Source: Nemertoderma westbladi
Lineage: Eukaryota; Animalia; Xenacoelomorpha
Direction of reading: 5' to 3'
Assembly: GCA_032718475.1 (NCBI GenBank)
Contig: JAUCBJ010008198.1
Coordinates: forward strand, 1-64,000
Length of the DNA stretch: 64,000 nucleotides
Numbering within the stretch: the first letter of the stretch is position 1; each line of letters begins with the position of its first letter. The translations under genes and the position numbers were made by a program. This document shows positions 23,640 to 39,115 of this stretch, piece after piece. The notes under the pieces were generated by a model. The model did not search any database. It was given only the letters and a program-made list of their open reading frames with translations, and was not told the DNA's origin.

Positions 23640-24795
23640 ATCAGGGATCCCATTGAGAGACTGCTCCATGGAAATCAGAATGGGTTCCGTAAAGGTCGTG
23701 GGACCATGGAGCCCATTTTGGCACTTAGAAGGATAATTGAAGAGTTATCAAAAAAGAAAGACTTTAGGCATCTGGGTGTTATCTTTGTTGACTTTTTCAA
23801 GGCCTTTGTTTCAGTCTCTCGCTCACGTATGTTCAGCATACTTTCATTATATGGGATTCCTGATGAAATTATTGCAGCAATCAGATCAGTATACGATGGT
23901 TCGACAACATTTGTATCTACTGTTGATGATGACACAGAACCATTTGAAGTATTATGGGGAGTCCTCCAAGGAGACACACTTGCGCCATTCTTGTTCATAA
24001 TTGTGGTTGACTATGTTCTACGCATGTCCTAGATCATCATAATGATGATCGGGTGATGATAACTCCACCTACTGGCTCCAGAAGTCGAGGAAATCCTGCC
24101 AAGTACCTAACTGATCTAGACTTTGCTGATGACTTAAGAGTTCTCTCAGAATCACTAGAGGGAGCCCAATGGCTCCTCAGCTCATTAGAACAGGCTGCTT
24201 CTAGTGTTGGTCTTTTTTATTAACTCCAAAAAGACCAAAATTGTGACAGTTAACTTTGAAAGTCCTCAGTAAGTCTCTGACCGGATGAGCATAAGCTCAA
24301 AGGATGGTATGCTTGAGCATGTGGACGACTTCTGTTATCTGGGATCATGGATCCGGAAGTCAGGTGAGGACCTTCGAATACTTAAGGGAAAGGCATGTGC
24401 AGACTTGAATGGGCTTTCCATGATTTAGAAGTCACATAGAATTCATCGGAAACTTAAGGTCCGATTATTTAGAGCAGCAGTAGTTCGCTGGAACTACTGC
24501 TGGGCTCTAACTGCTGAGGACACCAAATCTCTGGATGGCACATTCACAAGAATGCTACGCCGGTTTCACTGTATCGTGTACAATGCACACATCTCCAACT
24601 TGGAGGTGTCTTATTGGTTCCCCCAATTTGACAATAGAACAAAGCCGCCTCCGCTTTGCAGGACATTGCTTTCGACGTGAGGACCAACCAGTGCATAATC
24701 TTGTGCTTTGGCGGCCTCATGGAGTGAATAAGCATGGTGGACCGCCCATGACTTTCTTGAGACGCATCTTAAAGGACACTATGCCAACCACTGTG
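23640..24795 (+). mobile_element. Degenerate 5'-truncated RTE LINE (RT and C-terminal region)
   Basis: QNGFRKGRGT, FVDFFKAF, GVLQGDTLAPFLF, DLDFADD, F.YLGSW, RLRFAGHCFR; multiple stops and frameshifts. Confidence 0.9.
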
Positions 24796-25118
24796 TGACT
24801 GTATTCGCTTTAAATATGAAGCGAGTTTGAAAGATGTCGTTCGCGGCGAATACATATTAAAATCGAGTTATATTGGTGTTGTAAGGGTCTAAGCCACGAT
24901 TCTAAGTAAAACAAATTCCTTTTATCATATGGCCATTTCGTGTATTAACTAACACACGTCTTCAGTGATATAAATATATAATAAATTGTTTACATAATTT
25001 ACATATTAAAATAAGTACGTACGCGGTTAACTTTAATTGAATAATATAATGTTAAAGATAATGAGCAGATAATCGATAAAATTAAATCTAATATTTCCAA
25101 TAAAGATTTGGTTGGCGC

Positions 25119-28100
25119 ACCAATTACAAACTTGTAACAAGTTAGGCACGGAATCGACTAATTACAAACTTGTAATAAGGTAGGAACGGGGTCGACCAAT
25201 TACAAACTTGTAACAACTTAGGCACGGGATCGACCAATTACAAACTTGTAACAGGTTAGGCACAGGATCGACTAATTACAAACTTGTAACAAGTTAGGCA
25301 CGGGATCGGCCAATTGCTAACTTGTAACAACTTAGGCACGGGATCGACCAATTACAAACTTGTAACAGGTTAGGCACGGGATCGACTAATTACTAGCTTG
25401 TAACAAGTTAGGCACGGGATCGACTAATTACAAATTTGTAATAAGTTAGGAACGGGATCGACCAATACAAACTTGTAACAACTTAGGCAAGGGATCGACC
25501 AATTACAAACTTGTAACAGGTTAGGCACGGGATCGGCCAATTACTAACTTGTAACAAGTTAGGCACGGGATCGACTAATTACAAACTTGTAACAAGTTAG
25601 GCATGGGATCGGCCAATTACTAACTTGTAACAAGTTAGGCATGGGATCGACTAATTACAAACTTGTAACAAGTTAGGAACGGGATCGACCAATTACAAAC
25701 TTGTAACAACTTAGGCACGGGATCGGCCAATTACTAACTTGTAACAAGTTAGGCACGGGATCGACTGATTACAAACTTGTAACAAGTTAGGAATGGGATC
25801 GACCAATTACAAACTTCTAACGAATTAGGCACGGGATCGACTAATTACAAACTTGTAACAAGTTAGGCACGAGATCGACCAATTACAAACTTGTAATAAG
25901 TTAGGCACGGGATCGGCCAATTACTAACTTGTAAAACGTTAGGCACGGGATCGACTAATTACAAACTTGTAACAAGTTAGGGAAGGGATCGACCAATTAC
26001 AAACTTGTAACAAGTTAGGCACGGAATCGACCAATTACAAACTTGTAACAAGTTAGGCACGAGATCGACCAAATACAAACTTGTAACAAGTTAGGCATGG
26101 GATCGACTAATTACAAACTTGTAATAAGTTAGGAGCGGGATCGGCCAATTACTAACTTGTAACAAGTTAGGCACGGGATCGACCAATTACAAACTTGTAA
26201 CAAGTTAGGCACGAGATCGACCAAATACAAACTTGTAACAAGTTAGGCACGGGATCGACTAATTACAAACTTGTAATAAGTTAGGAGCGGGATCGGCCAA
26301 TTACTAACTTGTAAAAAGTTAGGCACGGGATCGACTAATTACAAACATGTAACAAGTTAGGAACGGGATCGACCAATAACAAACTTGTAACAAGTTAGGC
26401 ACGGGATCGACCAATTACAAACTTGTAACAAGTTAGGCACGAGATCGACCAATTACAAACTTGTAACAAGTTAGGCACGGGATCGACTAATTACTAAGTT
26501 GTAACAAGTTAGGAACGGGATCGACCAATTACAAACTTGTAACAACTTAGGCACGGGATCGACCAATTACAAACTTGTAATAAGTTAGGCACGGGATCGG
26601 CCAATTACTAACTTGTAAAAAGTTAGGCACGGGATCGACTAATTACAAACTTGTAACAAGTTAGGAATGGGATCGACCAATTACAAACTTGTAACAAGTT
26701 AGGCACGGGATCGACCAATTACAAACTTGTAACAAGTTAGGCACGAGATCGACCAATTACAAACTTGTAACAAGTTAGGCACGGGATCGACTAATTACAA
26801 ACTTGTAATAAGTTAGGAGCGGGATCGGCCAATTACTAACTTGTAAAAAGTTAGGCACGGGATCGACTAATTACAAACTTGTAACAAGTTAGGAACGGGA
26901 TCGACCAATTACAAACTTGTCACAAGTTAGGCACGGGATCGACCAATTACAAACTTGTAACAAGTTAGGCACGAGATCGACCAATTACAAACTTGTAACA
27001 ATTTAGTCACGGGATCGACTAATTACTAACTTGTAACAAGTTAGGAACAGGATCGACCAATTACAAACTTGTAACAACATAGGCACGGGATCGACCAATT
27101 ACAAACTTGTAATAAGTTAGGCACGAGATCGACCAATTACAAACTTGTAATAAGTTAGGCACGGGTTCGGCCAATTACAAACTTGTAACAAGTTAGGCAC
27201 GAGATCGACCAATTACAAACTTGTAACAAGTTAGGCACGGGATCGACTAATTACAAACTTGTAATAAGTTAGGAGCGGGATCGGCCAATTACTAACTTGT
27301 AAAAAGTTAGGCACGGGATCGACTAATTACAAACTTGTAACAAGTTAGGAACAGGATCGACCAATTACAAACTTGTAACAAGTTAGGCAAGGGATCGACC
27401 AATTACAAACTTGTAACAAGTTAGGCACAAGATCGACCAATTACAAACTTGTAACAATTTAGGCACGGGATCGACTAATTACTAACTTGTAACAAGTTAG
27501 GAACAGGATCGACCAATTACAAACTTGTAACAACATAGGCACGGGATCGACCAATTACAAACTTGTAATAAGTTAGGCACGAGATCGACCAATTACAAAC
27601 TTGTAATAAGTTAGGCACGGGTTCGGCCAATTACAAACTTGTAACAAGTTAGGCACGAGATCGACCAATTACAAACTTGTAACAAGTTAGGCACAGGATC
27701 GACTAATTACAAACTTGTAACAAGTTAGGAACGGGATCGACCAATTACAAACTTGTAACAAGTTAGGCACGGGATCGACCAATTACAAACTTGTAACAAG
27801 TTAGGCACGAGATCGACCAATTACAAACTTGTAACAAGTTAGGCACGGGATCGACTAATTACTAACTTGTAACAAGTTAGGAACGGGATCGACCAATTAC
27901 AAACTTGTAACAACATAGGCAAGGGATCGACCAATTACAAACTTGTAATAAGTTAGGCACGAGATCGACCAATTACAAACTTGTAATAAGTTAGGCACGG
28001 GATCGGCCAATTACTAACTTGTAAAAAGTTAGGCACAGGATCGACTAATTACTAACTTGTAACAAGTTAGGAACGGGATCGACCAATTACAAACTTGTAA

Positions 28101-28728
28101 CAACTTAGGCACGGGATCGACCAATTACAAACTTGTAACAGGTTAGGCACGGGATCGGCCAATTACTAACTTGTAACAAGTTAGACATGGGATCGACTAA
28201 TTACAAACTTGTAACAAGTTAGGCATGGGATCGGCCAATTACTAACTTGTAACAAGTTAGGCACGGGATCGACTAATTACAAAAGGCACGGGATCGACCA
28301 ATTACAAACTTGTAACAAGTTAGGCACGGGATCGGCCAATTACTAACTGGTAACAAGTTAGGCACGAGATCGACAAATTACAAACTTGTAACAAGTTAGG
28401 CACGGGGTCGGCCAATTACTAACTTGTAACAAGTTAGGCACGGGATCGACTAATTACAAACTTGTAACAAGTTAGGAACAGGATCGACCATTTACAAACA
28501 TGTAACAAGTTAGGCACGGGATCAGCCAATTACTAACTTGTAACAAGTTAGGAACAGGATCGACCATTTACAAACATGTAACAAGTTAGGCACGGGATCA
28601 GCCAATTACTAACTTGTAACAAGTTAGGCACGAGATCGACCAATTACAAACTTGTAACAAGTTAGGCACAGGATCGGCCAATTACTAACTTGAAACAAGT
28701 TAGGCACGGGATCAACTAATTACAACCA
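25119..28728. repeat. 38-bp tandem satellite, second array, about 95 units
   Basis: Same unit, same left flank (AATAAAGATTTGGTTGGCGCA) and same truncated unit TTACAAAAGGCACGGG (~15491 versus ~28277) as array 1. Confidence 0.97.
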
Positions 28729-28729
28729 A

Positions 28730-29668
28730 ATGGGTGATATCTTAGCGACATCACTAGAAGGACCAAGACTGGAACCAACGAAATTCAGTGGAAACCCAGC
28801 AGAATTCATATCGTTTAAAGCGCGTTTTATCGCACAAGTGGATAGCAAAAACGTCCCCATAACTACAAAAATGCGACGTCTGTTAACCTACCTATCTGGG
28901 AAAGCGTTACAGAACGTCAAACATTATGAAGGAGTGGACGACGGATATCAACGTGCGTGGGACGTGTTGGAAAAGAACTTTGGCAACCCATCAGCTGTAA
29001 TGAAATCTGTGATACATAATGTCACTAAATGCAGATTCCCGATTACAACAGACTCAGATGTCGTTTGATGTAATTTCTGGACAGCTAATCCACATATTGA
29101 CGCATTTGCAACAACATGGTCTGCCGAACCTATAAGGATCTTTCCAAATGGACTAGTCCAACAATGTTATGTATACAGTTGAAAACATCGTGTGAATCAG
29201 TGTCTAAAATTCCAAAGCCTCTCGCATAAAGTAAAGAGAAGTATGACACATGCTTCCGTCTACGACTCTGTTTGGGGTTCGAAGTCAAGGGTTCAGACAC
29301 TTCCGGAAACACTATAAATCCTTGGAGAAATATCGGTGTTCTAGAACAACTAAAGAAGGCATGTGCCGAGAAGCACATAGCCCGGATTTACATCCGGAAC
29401 CAGCTGACATAAACGATAAATTCCGATGGTTAACAGACGAATATAAAAGAGTAGCGAGTGGACCCCCAACACCGTATGAAGCATGGTTGAAAAAGAGGTT
29501 GAAACTTGAAAAAGCATGGTTGAAACTTCATCCAGAGAGTAAGGATAAAAAGAATATCACTAAACTTCTTCCGCCACCGCCGAATAATACTACCTCGTCG
29601 TTCAAAGTAAATTATTATGAGGACGCAACACTCTACACAACGCCTCCAACTAATAACGACGAGATTAG
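28730..29668 (+). pseudogene. gag: Degenerate BEL/Pao gag, copy 2
   Basis: Nearly identical to 15906-16810, with 33 extra bp between AAGCATGGTT direct repeats. Confidence 0.8.
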
Positions 29669-32600
29669 CCACCACCGAGAGTACAGCTAGTAGTGAGTTA
29701 TCGACCACCGAGAGTACAGCTAGTACTGAGTTATCGACCACCGAGAGTACAGCTAGTAGTGAGTTATCGACCACCGAGAGTACAGCTAGTACTGAGTTAT
29801 CCACCACCGAGAGTACAGCTAGTACTGAGTTATCCACCACCGAGAGTACAGCTAGTACTGAGTTATCGACCACCGAGAGTACAGCTAGTACTGAGTTATC
29901 GACCACCTAGAGTACAGCTAGTAGTGAGTTATCCACCACCGAGAGTACAGCTAGTACTGAGTTATCGACCACCTAGAGTACAGCTAGTAGTGAGTTATCC
30001 ACCACCGAGAGTACAGCTAGTACTGAGTTATCGACCACCGAGAGTACAGCTAGTAGTGAGTTATCGACCACCGAGAGTACAGCTAGTACTGAGTTATCGA
30101 CCACCGAGAGTACAGCTAGTAGTGAGTTATCGACCACCGAGAGTACAGCTAGTACTGAGTTATCCACCACCGAGAGTACAGCTAGTACTGAGTTATCGAC
30201 CACCGAGAGTACAGCTAGTACTGAGTTATCGACCACCTAGAGTACAGCTAGTACTGAGTTATCCACCACCGAGAGTACAGCTAGTACTGAGTTATCCACC
30301 ACCGAGAGTACAGCTAGTACTGAGTTATCGACCACCGAGAGTACAGCTAGTACTGAGTTATCGACCACCGAGAGTACAGCTAGTAGTGAGTTATCGACCA
30401 CCGAGAGTACAGCTAGTACTGAGTTATCGACCACCGAGAGTACAGCTAGTAGTGAGTTATCGACCACCGAGAGTACAGCTAGTACTGAGTTATCCACCAC
30501 CGAGAGTACAGCTAGTACTGAGTTATCGACCACCGAGAGTACAGCTAGTAGTGAGTTATCGACCACCGAGAGTACAGCTAGTACTGAGTTATCCACCACC
30601 GAGAGTACAGCTAGTACTGAGTTATCGACCACCTAGAGTACAGCTAGTAGTGAGTTATCCACCACCGAGAGTACAGCTAGTACTGAGTTATCGACCACCG
30701 AGAGTACAGCTAGTAGTGAGTTATCGACCACCGAGAGTACAGCTAGTACTGAGTTATCCACCACCGAGAGTACAGCTAGTACTGAGTTATCGACCACCGA
30801 GAGTACAGCTAGTACTGAGTTATCGACCACCGAGAGTACAGCTAGTACTGAGTTATCCACCACCGAGAGTACAGCTAGTACTGAGTTATCCACCACCGAG
30901 AGTACAGCTAGTACTGAGTTATCGACCACCGAGAGTACAGCTAGTAGTGAGTTATCGACCACCGAGAGTACAGCTAGTACTGAGTTATCGACCACCTAGA
31001 GTACAGCTAGTAGTGAGTTATCCACCACCGAGAGTAGAGCTAGTACTGAGTTATCGACCAGCGAGAGTACAGCTAGTACTGAGTTTATCCACCACCGAGA
31101 GTACAGCTAGTACTGAGTTATCCACCACCGAGAGTACAGCTAGTACTGAGTTATCGACCACCGAGATTACAGATAGTACTGAGTTATCCACCACCGAGAG
31201 TAGAGCTAGTACTGAGTTATCGACCAGCGAGAGTACAGCTAGTACTGAGTTTATCCACCACCGAGAGTACAGCTAGTACTGAGTTATCCACCACCGAGAG
31301 TACAGCTAGTACTGAGTTATCGACCACCGAGATTACAGATAGTACTGAGTTATCCACCACCGAGAGTAGAGCTAGTACTGAGTTATCGACCACCGAGAGT
31401 ACAGCTAGTACTGAGTTATCCACCACCGAGAGTACAGCTAGTACTGAGTTTATCCACCACCGAGAGTACAGCTAGTACTGAGTTATCGACCACCGAGAGT
31501 ACAACTAGTACTGAGTTATCGACCACCGAGAGTACAGCTAGTACTGAGTTATCCACCACCGAGAGTACAGCTAGTACTGAGTTTATCCACCACCGAGAGT
31601 ACAGCTAGTACTGAGTTATCGACCACCGAGATTACAGATAGTACTGAGTTATCCACCACCGAGAGTAGAGCTAGTACTGAGTTATCGACCACCGAGAGTA
31701 CAGCTAGTACTGAGTTATCCACCACCGAGAGTACAGCTAGTACTGAGTTTATCCACCACCGAGAGTACAGCTAGTACTGAGTTATCGACCACCGAGAGTA
31801 CAGCTAGTACTGAGTTATCCACCACCGAGAGTACAGCTAGTACTGAGTTATCGACCACCGAGAGTACAGCTAGTAGTGAGTTATCGACCACCGAGAGTAC
31901 AGCTAGTACTGAGTTATCGACCACCTAGAGTACAGCTAGTAGTGAGTTATCCACCACCGAGAGTAGAGCTAGTACTGAGTTATCGACCAGCGAGAGTACA
32001 GCTAGTACTGAGTTTATCCACCACCGAGAGTACAGCTAGTACTGAGTTATCCACCACCGAGAGTACAGCTAGTACTGAGTTATCGACCAGCGAGAGTACA
32101 GCTAGTACTGAGTTTATCCACCACCGAGAGTACAGCTAGTACTGAGTTATCCACCACCGAGAGTACAGCTAGTACTGAGTTATCGACCACCGAGATTACA
32201 GATAGTACTGAGTTATCCACCACCGAGAGTAGAGCTAGTACTGAGTTATCGACCACCGAGAGTACAGCTAGTACTGAGTTATCCACCACCGAGAGTACAG
32301 CTAGTACTGAGTTTATCCACCACCGAGAGTACAGCTAGTACTGAGTTATCGACCACCGAGAGTACAGCTAGTACTGAGTTATCGACCACCGAGATTACAG
32401 ATAGTACTGAGTTATCCACCACCGAGAGTAGAGCTAGTACTGAGTTATCGACCACCGAGAGTACAGCTAGTACTGAGTTATCCACCACCGAGAGTACAGC
32501 TAGTACTGAGTTATCGACCACCGAGATTACAGATAGTACTGAGTTATCCACCACCGAGAGTAGAGCTAGTACTGAGTTATCGACCACCGAGAGTACAGCT

Positions 32601-35600
32601 AGTACTGAGTTATCCACCACCGAGAGTACAGCTAGTACTGAGTTTATCCACCACCGAGAGTACAGCTAGTACTGAGTTATCCACCACCGAGAGTACAGCT
32701 AGTACTGAGTTATCGACCACCGAGAGTACAGCTAGTAGTGAGTTATCGACCAGCGAGAGTACAGCTAGTACTGAGTTTATCCACCACCGAGAGTACAGCT
32801 AGTACTGAGTTATCCACCACCGAGAGTACAGCTAGTACTGAGTTATCGACCACCGAGATTACAGATAGTACTGAGTTATCCACCACCGAGAGTAGAGCTA
32901 GTACTGAGTTATCGACCACCGAGAGTACAGCTAGTACTGAGTTATCCACCACCGAGAGTACAGCTAGTACTGAGTTATCGACCACCGAGATTACAGATAG
33001 TACTGAGTTATCCACCACCGAGAGTAGAGCTAGTACTGAGTTATCGACCACCGAGAGTACAGCTAGTACTGAGTTATCCACCACCGAGAGTACAGCTAGT
33101 ACTGAGTTTATCCACCACCGAGAGTACAGCTAGTACTGAGTTATCGACCACCGAGAGTACAGCTAGTAGTGAGTTATCGACCACCGAGAGTACAGCTAGT
33201 ACTGAGTTATCGACCACCTAGAGTACAGCTAGTAGTGAGTTATCCACCACCGAGAGTAGAGCTAGTACTGAGTTATCGACCAGCGAGAGTACAGCTAGTA
33301 CTGAGTTTATCCACCACCGAGAGTAGAGCTAGTACTGAGTTATCGACCACCGAGAGTACAGCTAGTACTGAGTTATCCACCACCGAGAGTACAGCTAGTA
33401 CTGAGTTTATCCACCACCGAGAGTACAGCTAGTACTGAGTTATCGACCACCGAGAGTACAGCTAGTACTGAGTTTATCCACCACCGAGAGTACAGCTAGT
33501 ACTGAGTTATCCACCACCGAGAGTACAGCTAGTACTGAGTTATCGACCACCGAGATTACAGATAGTACTGAGTTATCCACCACCGAGAGTAGAGCTAGTA
33601 CTGAGTTATCGACCACCGAGAGTACAGCTAGTACTGAGTTATCCACCACCGAGAGTACAGCTAGTACTGAGTTTATCCACCACCGAGAGTACAGCTAGTA
33701 CTGAGTTATCGACCACCGAGATTACAGATAGTACTGAGTTATCCACCACCGAGAGTAGAGCTAGTACTGAGTTATCGACCACCGAGAGTACAGCTAGTAC
33801 TGAGTTATCCACCACCGAGAGTACAGCTAGTACTGAGTTTATCCACCACCGAGAGTACAGCTAGTACTGAGTTATCCACCACCGAGAGTACAGCTAGTAC
33901 TGAGTTTATCCACCACCGAGAGTACAGCTAGTACTGAGTTATCGACCACCGAGAGTACAGCTAGTACTGAGTTATCGACCACCGAGATTACAGATAGTAC
34001 TGAGTTATCCACCACCGAGAGTAGAGCTAGTACTGAGTTATCGACCACCGAGAGTACAGCTAGTACTGAGTTATCCACCACCGAGAGTACAGCTAGTACT
34101 GAGTTTATCCACCACCGAGAGTACAGCTAGTACTGAGTTATCCACCACCGAGAGTACAGCTAGTACTGAGTTATCGACCACCGAGAGTACAGCTAGTAGT
34201 GAGTTATCGACCAGCGAGAGTACAGCTAGTACTGAGTTTATCCACCACCGAGAGTACAGCTAGTACTGAGTTATCCACCACCGAGAGTACAGCTAGTACT
34301 GAGTTATCGACCACCGAGATTACAGATAGTACTGAGTTATCCACCACCGAGAGTAGAGCTAGTACTGAGTTATCGACCACCGAGAGTACAGCTAGTACTG
34401 AGTTATCCACCACCGAGAGTACAGCTAGTACTGAGTTATCGACCACCGAGATTACAGATAGTACTGAGTTATCCACCACCGAGAGTAGAGCTAGTACTGA
34501 GTTATCGACCACCGAGAGTACAGCTAGTACTGAGTTATCCACCACCGAGAGTACAGCTAGTACTGAGTTTATCCACCACCGAGAGTACAGCTAGTACTGA
34601 GTTATCGACCACCGAGAGTACAGCTAGTAGTGAGTTATCGACCACCGAGAGTACAGCTAGTACTGAGTTATCGACCACCTAGAGTACAGCTAGTAGTGAG
34701 TTATCCACCACCGAGAGTAGAGCTAGTACTGAGTTATCGACCAGCGAGAGTACAGCTAGTACTGAGTTTATCCACCACCGAGAGTAGAGCTAGTACTGAG
34801 TTATCGACCACCGAGAGTACAGCTAGTACTGAGTTATCCACCACCGAGAGTACAGCTAGTACTGAGTTTATCCACCACCGAGAGTACAGCTAGTACTGAG
34901 TTATCGACCACCGAGAGTACAGCTAGTACTGAGTTTATCCACCACCGAGAGTACAGCTAGTACTGAGTTATCCACCACCGAGAGTACAGCTAGTACTGAG
35001 TTATCGACCACCGAGATTACAGATAGTACTGAGTTATCCACCACCGAGAGTAGAGCTAGTACTGAGTTATCGACCACCGAGAGTACAGCTAGTACTGAGT
35101 TATCCACCACCGAGAGTACAGCTAGTACTGAGTTTATCCACCACCGAGAGTACAGCTAGTACTGAGTTATCGACCACCGAGATTACAGATAGTACTGAGT
35201 TATCCACCACCGAGAGTAGAGCTAGTACTGAGTTATCGACCACCGAGAGTACAGCTAGTACTGAGTTATCCACCACCGAGAGTACAGCTAGTACTGAGTT
35301 TATCCACCACCGAGAGTACAGCTAGTACTGAGTTATCCACCACCGAGAGTACAGCTAGTACTGAGTTTATCCACCACCGAGAGTACAGCTAGTACTGAGT
35401 TATCGACCACCGAGAGTACAGCTAGTACTGAGTTATCGACCACCGAGATTACAGATAGTACTGAGTTATCCACCACCGAGAGTAGAGCTAGTACTGAGTT
35501 ATCGACCACCGAGAGTACAGCTAGTACTGAGTTATCCACCACCGAGAGTACAGCTAGTACTGAGTTATCCACCACCGAGAGTAGAGCTAGTACTGAGTTA

Positions 35601-38181
35601 TCGACCACCGAGAGTACAGCTAGTACTGAGTTATCCACCACCGAGAGTACAGCTAGTACTGAGTTTATCCACCACCGAGAGTACAGCTAGTACTGAGTTA
35701 TCCACCACCGAGAGTAGAGCTAGTACTGAGTTATCGACCAGCGAGAGTACAGCTAGTACTGAGTTTATCCACCACCGAGAGTACAGCTAGTACTGAGTTA
35801 TCCACCACCGAGAGTACAGCTAGTACTGAGTTATCGACCACCGAGATTACAGATAGTACTGAGTTATCCACCACCGAGAGTACAGCTAGTACTGAGTTAT
35901 CGACCACCGAGAGTACAGCTAGTACTGAGTTTATCCACCACCGAGAGTACAGCTAGTACTGAGTTATCCACCACCGAGAGTACAGCTAGTACTGAGTTAT
36001 CGACCACCGAGATTACAGATAGTACTGAGTTATCCACCACCGAGAGTAGAGCTAGTACTGAGTTATCGACCAGCGAGAGTACAACTAGTACTGAGTTATC
36101 CACCACCGAGAGTAGAGCTAGTACTGAGTTATCGACCAGCGAGAGTACAGCTAGTACTGAGTTTATCCACCACCGAGAGTACAGCTAGTACTGAGTTATC
36201 CACCACCGAGAGTACAGCTAGTACTGAGTTATCGACCACCGAGATTACAGATAGTACTGAGTTATCCACCACCGAGAGTAGAGCTAGTACTGAGTTATCG
36301 ACCACCGAGAGTACAGCTAGTACTGAGTTTATCCACCACCGAGAGTACAGCTAGTACTGAGTTATCCACCACCGAGAGTACAGCTAGTACTGAGTTTATC
36401 CACCACCGAGAGTACAGCTAGTACTGAGTTATCGACCACCGAGAGTACAGCTAGTAGTGAGTTATCGACCACCGAGAGTACAGCTACTGTAGTAGTGAGT
36501 TATCGACCACCGAGAGTACAGCTAGTACTGAGTTATCCACCACCGAGATTACAGCTAGTACTGAGTTATCCACCACCGAGAGTACAGCTAGTACTGAGTT
36601 ATCGACCACCGAGAGTACAGCTAGTACTGAGTTATCCACCACCGAGATTACAGCTAGTACTGAGTTATCGAGCACCGAGAGTACAGCTAGTAGTGAGTTA
36701 TCGACCACCGAGAGTACAGCTAGTAGTGAGTTATCCACCACCGAGAGTACAGCTAGTACTGAGTTATCCACCACCGAGATTACAGATAGTACTGAGTTAT
36801 CCACCACCGAGAGTACAGCTAGTACTGAGTTATCGACCACCAAGAGTACAGCTAGTACTGAGTTATCCACCACCGAGAGTAGAGCTAGTACTGAGTTATC
36901 CACCACCGAGAGTACAGCTAGTACTGAGTTATCCACCACCGAGAGTACAGCTAGTACTGAGTTATCCACCACCGAGAGTACAGCTAGTAGTGAGTTATCC
37001 ACCACCGAGAGTACAGCTAGTACTGAGTTATCGACCACCGAGAGTACAGCTAGTATGAGTTATCACCACCGAGAGTACAGCTAGTACGTGAGTTTATCCA
37101 CCACCGAGAGTACAGCTAGTACTGAGTTATCCACCACCGAGAGTACAGCTAGTACTGAGTTATCGACCACCGAGAGTACAGCTAGTACTGAGTTATCCAC
37201 CACCGAGAGTACAGCTAGTACTGAGTTATCGACCACCGAGAGTACAGCTAGTACTGAGTTATCCACCACCGAGAGTACAGCTAGTACTGAGTTATCGACC
37301 ACCGAGAGTACAGCTAGTACTGAGTTATCCACCACCGAGAGTACAGCTAGTACTGAGTTATCGACCACCGAGAGTACAGCTAGTAGTGAGTTATCCACCA
37401 CCGAGAGAACAGCTAGTACTGAGTTATCCACCACCGAGAGTACAGCTAGTACTGAGTTATCGACCACCGAGAGTACAGCTAGTACTGAGTTTATCCACCA
37501 CCGAGAGTAGAGCTAGTACTGAGTTATCGACCAGCGAGAGTACAGCTAGTACTGAGTTATCGACCACCGAGAGTACAGCTAGTACTGAGTTATCCACCAC
37601 CGAGAGTACAGCTAGTACTGAGTTATCGACCACCGAGAGTACAGCTTGTAGTGAGTTATCCACCACCGAGAGTACAGCTAGTACTGAGTTATCGACCACC
37701 GAGAGTACAGCTAGTACTGAGTTATCGACCACCGAGAGTACAACTAGTACTGAGTTATCCACCACCGAGAGTACAGCTAGTACTGAGTTACCGACCACCT
37801 AGAGTACAGCTAGTACTGAGTTATCCACCACCGAGAGTACAGCTAGTACTGAGTTATCCACCACCGAGAGTACAGCTAGTACTGAGTTATCGACCACCGA
37901 GAGAACAGCTAGTACTGAGTTATCCACCACCGAGAGTACAGCTTGTATTGAGTTATCCACCACCGAGAGTACAGCTAGTACTGAGTTATCGACCACCGAG
38001 AGTACAGCTAGTAGTGAGTTATCCACCACCGAGAGAACAGCTAGTACTGAGTTATCCACCACCGAGAGTACAGCTTGTATTGAGTTATCCACCACCGAGA
38101 GTACAGCTAGTACTGAGTTATCCACCACCGAGAGTACAGCTAGTACTGAGTTATCCACCACCGAGAGCAGCTAGTGAGTTA

Positions 38182-38298
38182 CTACTACTAGGATCGGCAT
38201 GCTGCATTGCAGCTACATTTTTAAGAATGCTGTGCCGGCTTGTCGACAAAATTGCGCCGCCACAACTCCCTATCACCCATGACATTTGCTAGATCATT
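38182..38298 (-). mobile_element. 117-bp RTE 3'-end insertion within the satellite, with 12-bp TSD
   Basis: TSD GCTAGTGAGTTA at 38170-38181 and 38299-38310; (CTA)n tail; similar to 10975-11155. Confidence 0.8.
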
Positions 38299-38998
38299 GC
38301 TAGTGAGTTATCCACCACTGTGAGTACAGCTAGTACTGAGTTATCGACCACCGAGAGTACAGCTAGTACTGAGTTATCGACCACCGAGAGTACAGCTAGT
38401 ACTGAGTTATCCACCACCGAGAGTACAGCTAGTACTGAGTTATCGACCACCGAGAGTACAGCTTGTAGTGAGTTATCCACCACCGAGAGTACAGCTAGTA
38501 CTGAGTTATCGACCACCGAGAGTACAGCTAGTACTGAGTTATCGACCACCGAGAGTACAACTAGTACTGAGTTATCCACCACCGAGAGTACAGCTAGTAC
38601 TGAGTTATCGACCACCTAGAGTACAGCTAGTACTGAGTTATCCACCACCGAGAGTACAGCTAGTACTGAGTTATCCACCACCGAGAGTACAGCTAGTACT
38701 GAGTTATCGACCACCGAGAGAACAGCTAGTACTGAGTTATCCACCACCGAGAGTACAGCTTGTATTGAGTTATCCACCACCGAGAGTACAGCTAGTACTG
38801 AGTTATCGACCACCGAGAGTACAGCTAGTAGTGAGTTATCCACCACCGAGAGAACAGCTAGTACTGAGTTATCCACCACCGAGAGTACAGCTTGTATTGA
38901 GTTATCCACCACCGAGAGTACAGCTAGTACTGAGTTATCCACCACCGAGAGTACAGCTAGTACTGAGTTATCCACCACCGAGAGCAGCTAGTGAGTTA

Positions 38999-39115
38999 CT
39001 ACTACTAGGATCGGCATGCTGCATTGCAGCTACATTTTTAAGAATGCTGTGCCGGCTTGTCGACAAAATTGCGCCGCCACAACTCCCTATCACCCATGAC
39101 ATTTGCTAGATCATT
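38999..39115 (-). mobile_element. Identical duplicate of the 117-bp RTE insertion
   Basis: Same sequence and same TSD, offset by 817 bp. Confidence 0.8.

Noticed and set aside
12371-28728. 38-bp palindromic repeats as CRISPR arrays
   Set aside because: Units are head-to-tail with no unique spacers, there are no cas genes, and the context is eukaryotic.
29430-39109. Numerous ORFs (SYPPPRVQLVL, VVDNSVLAVLS, ELSTTESTAST repeats) as genes
   Set aside because: They are by-products of a 33-bp unit lacking stops in some frames; they use non-ATG starts, have frequent frameshifts and lack a signal peptide.
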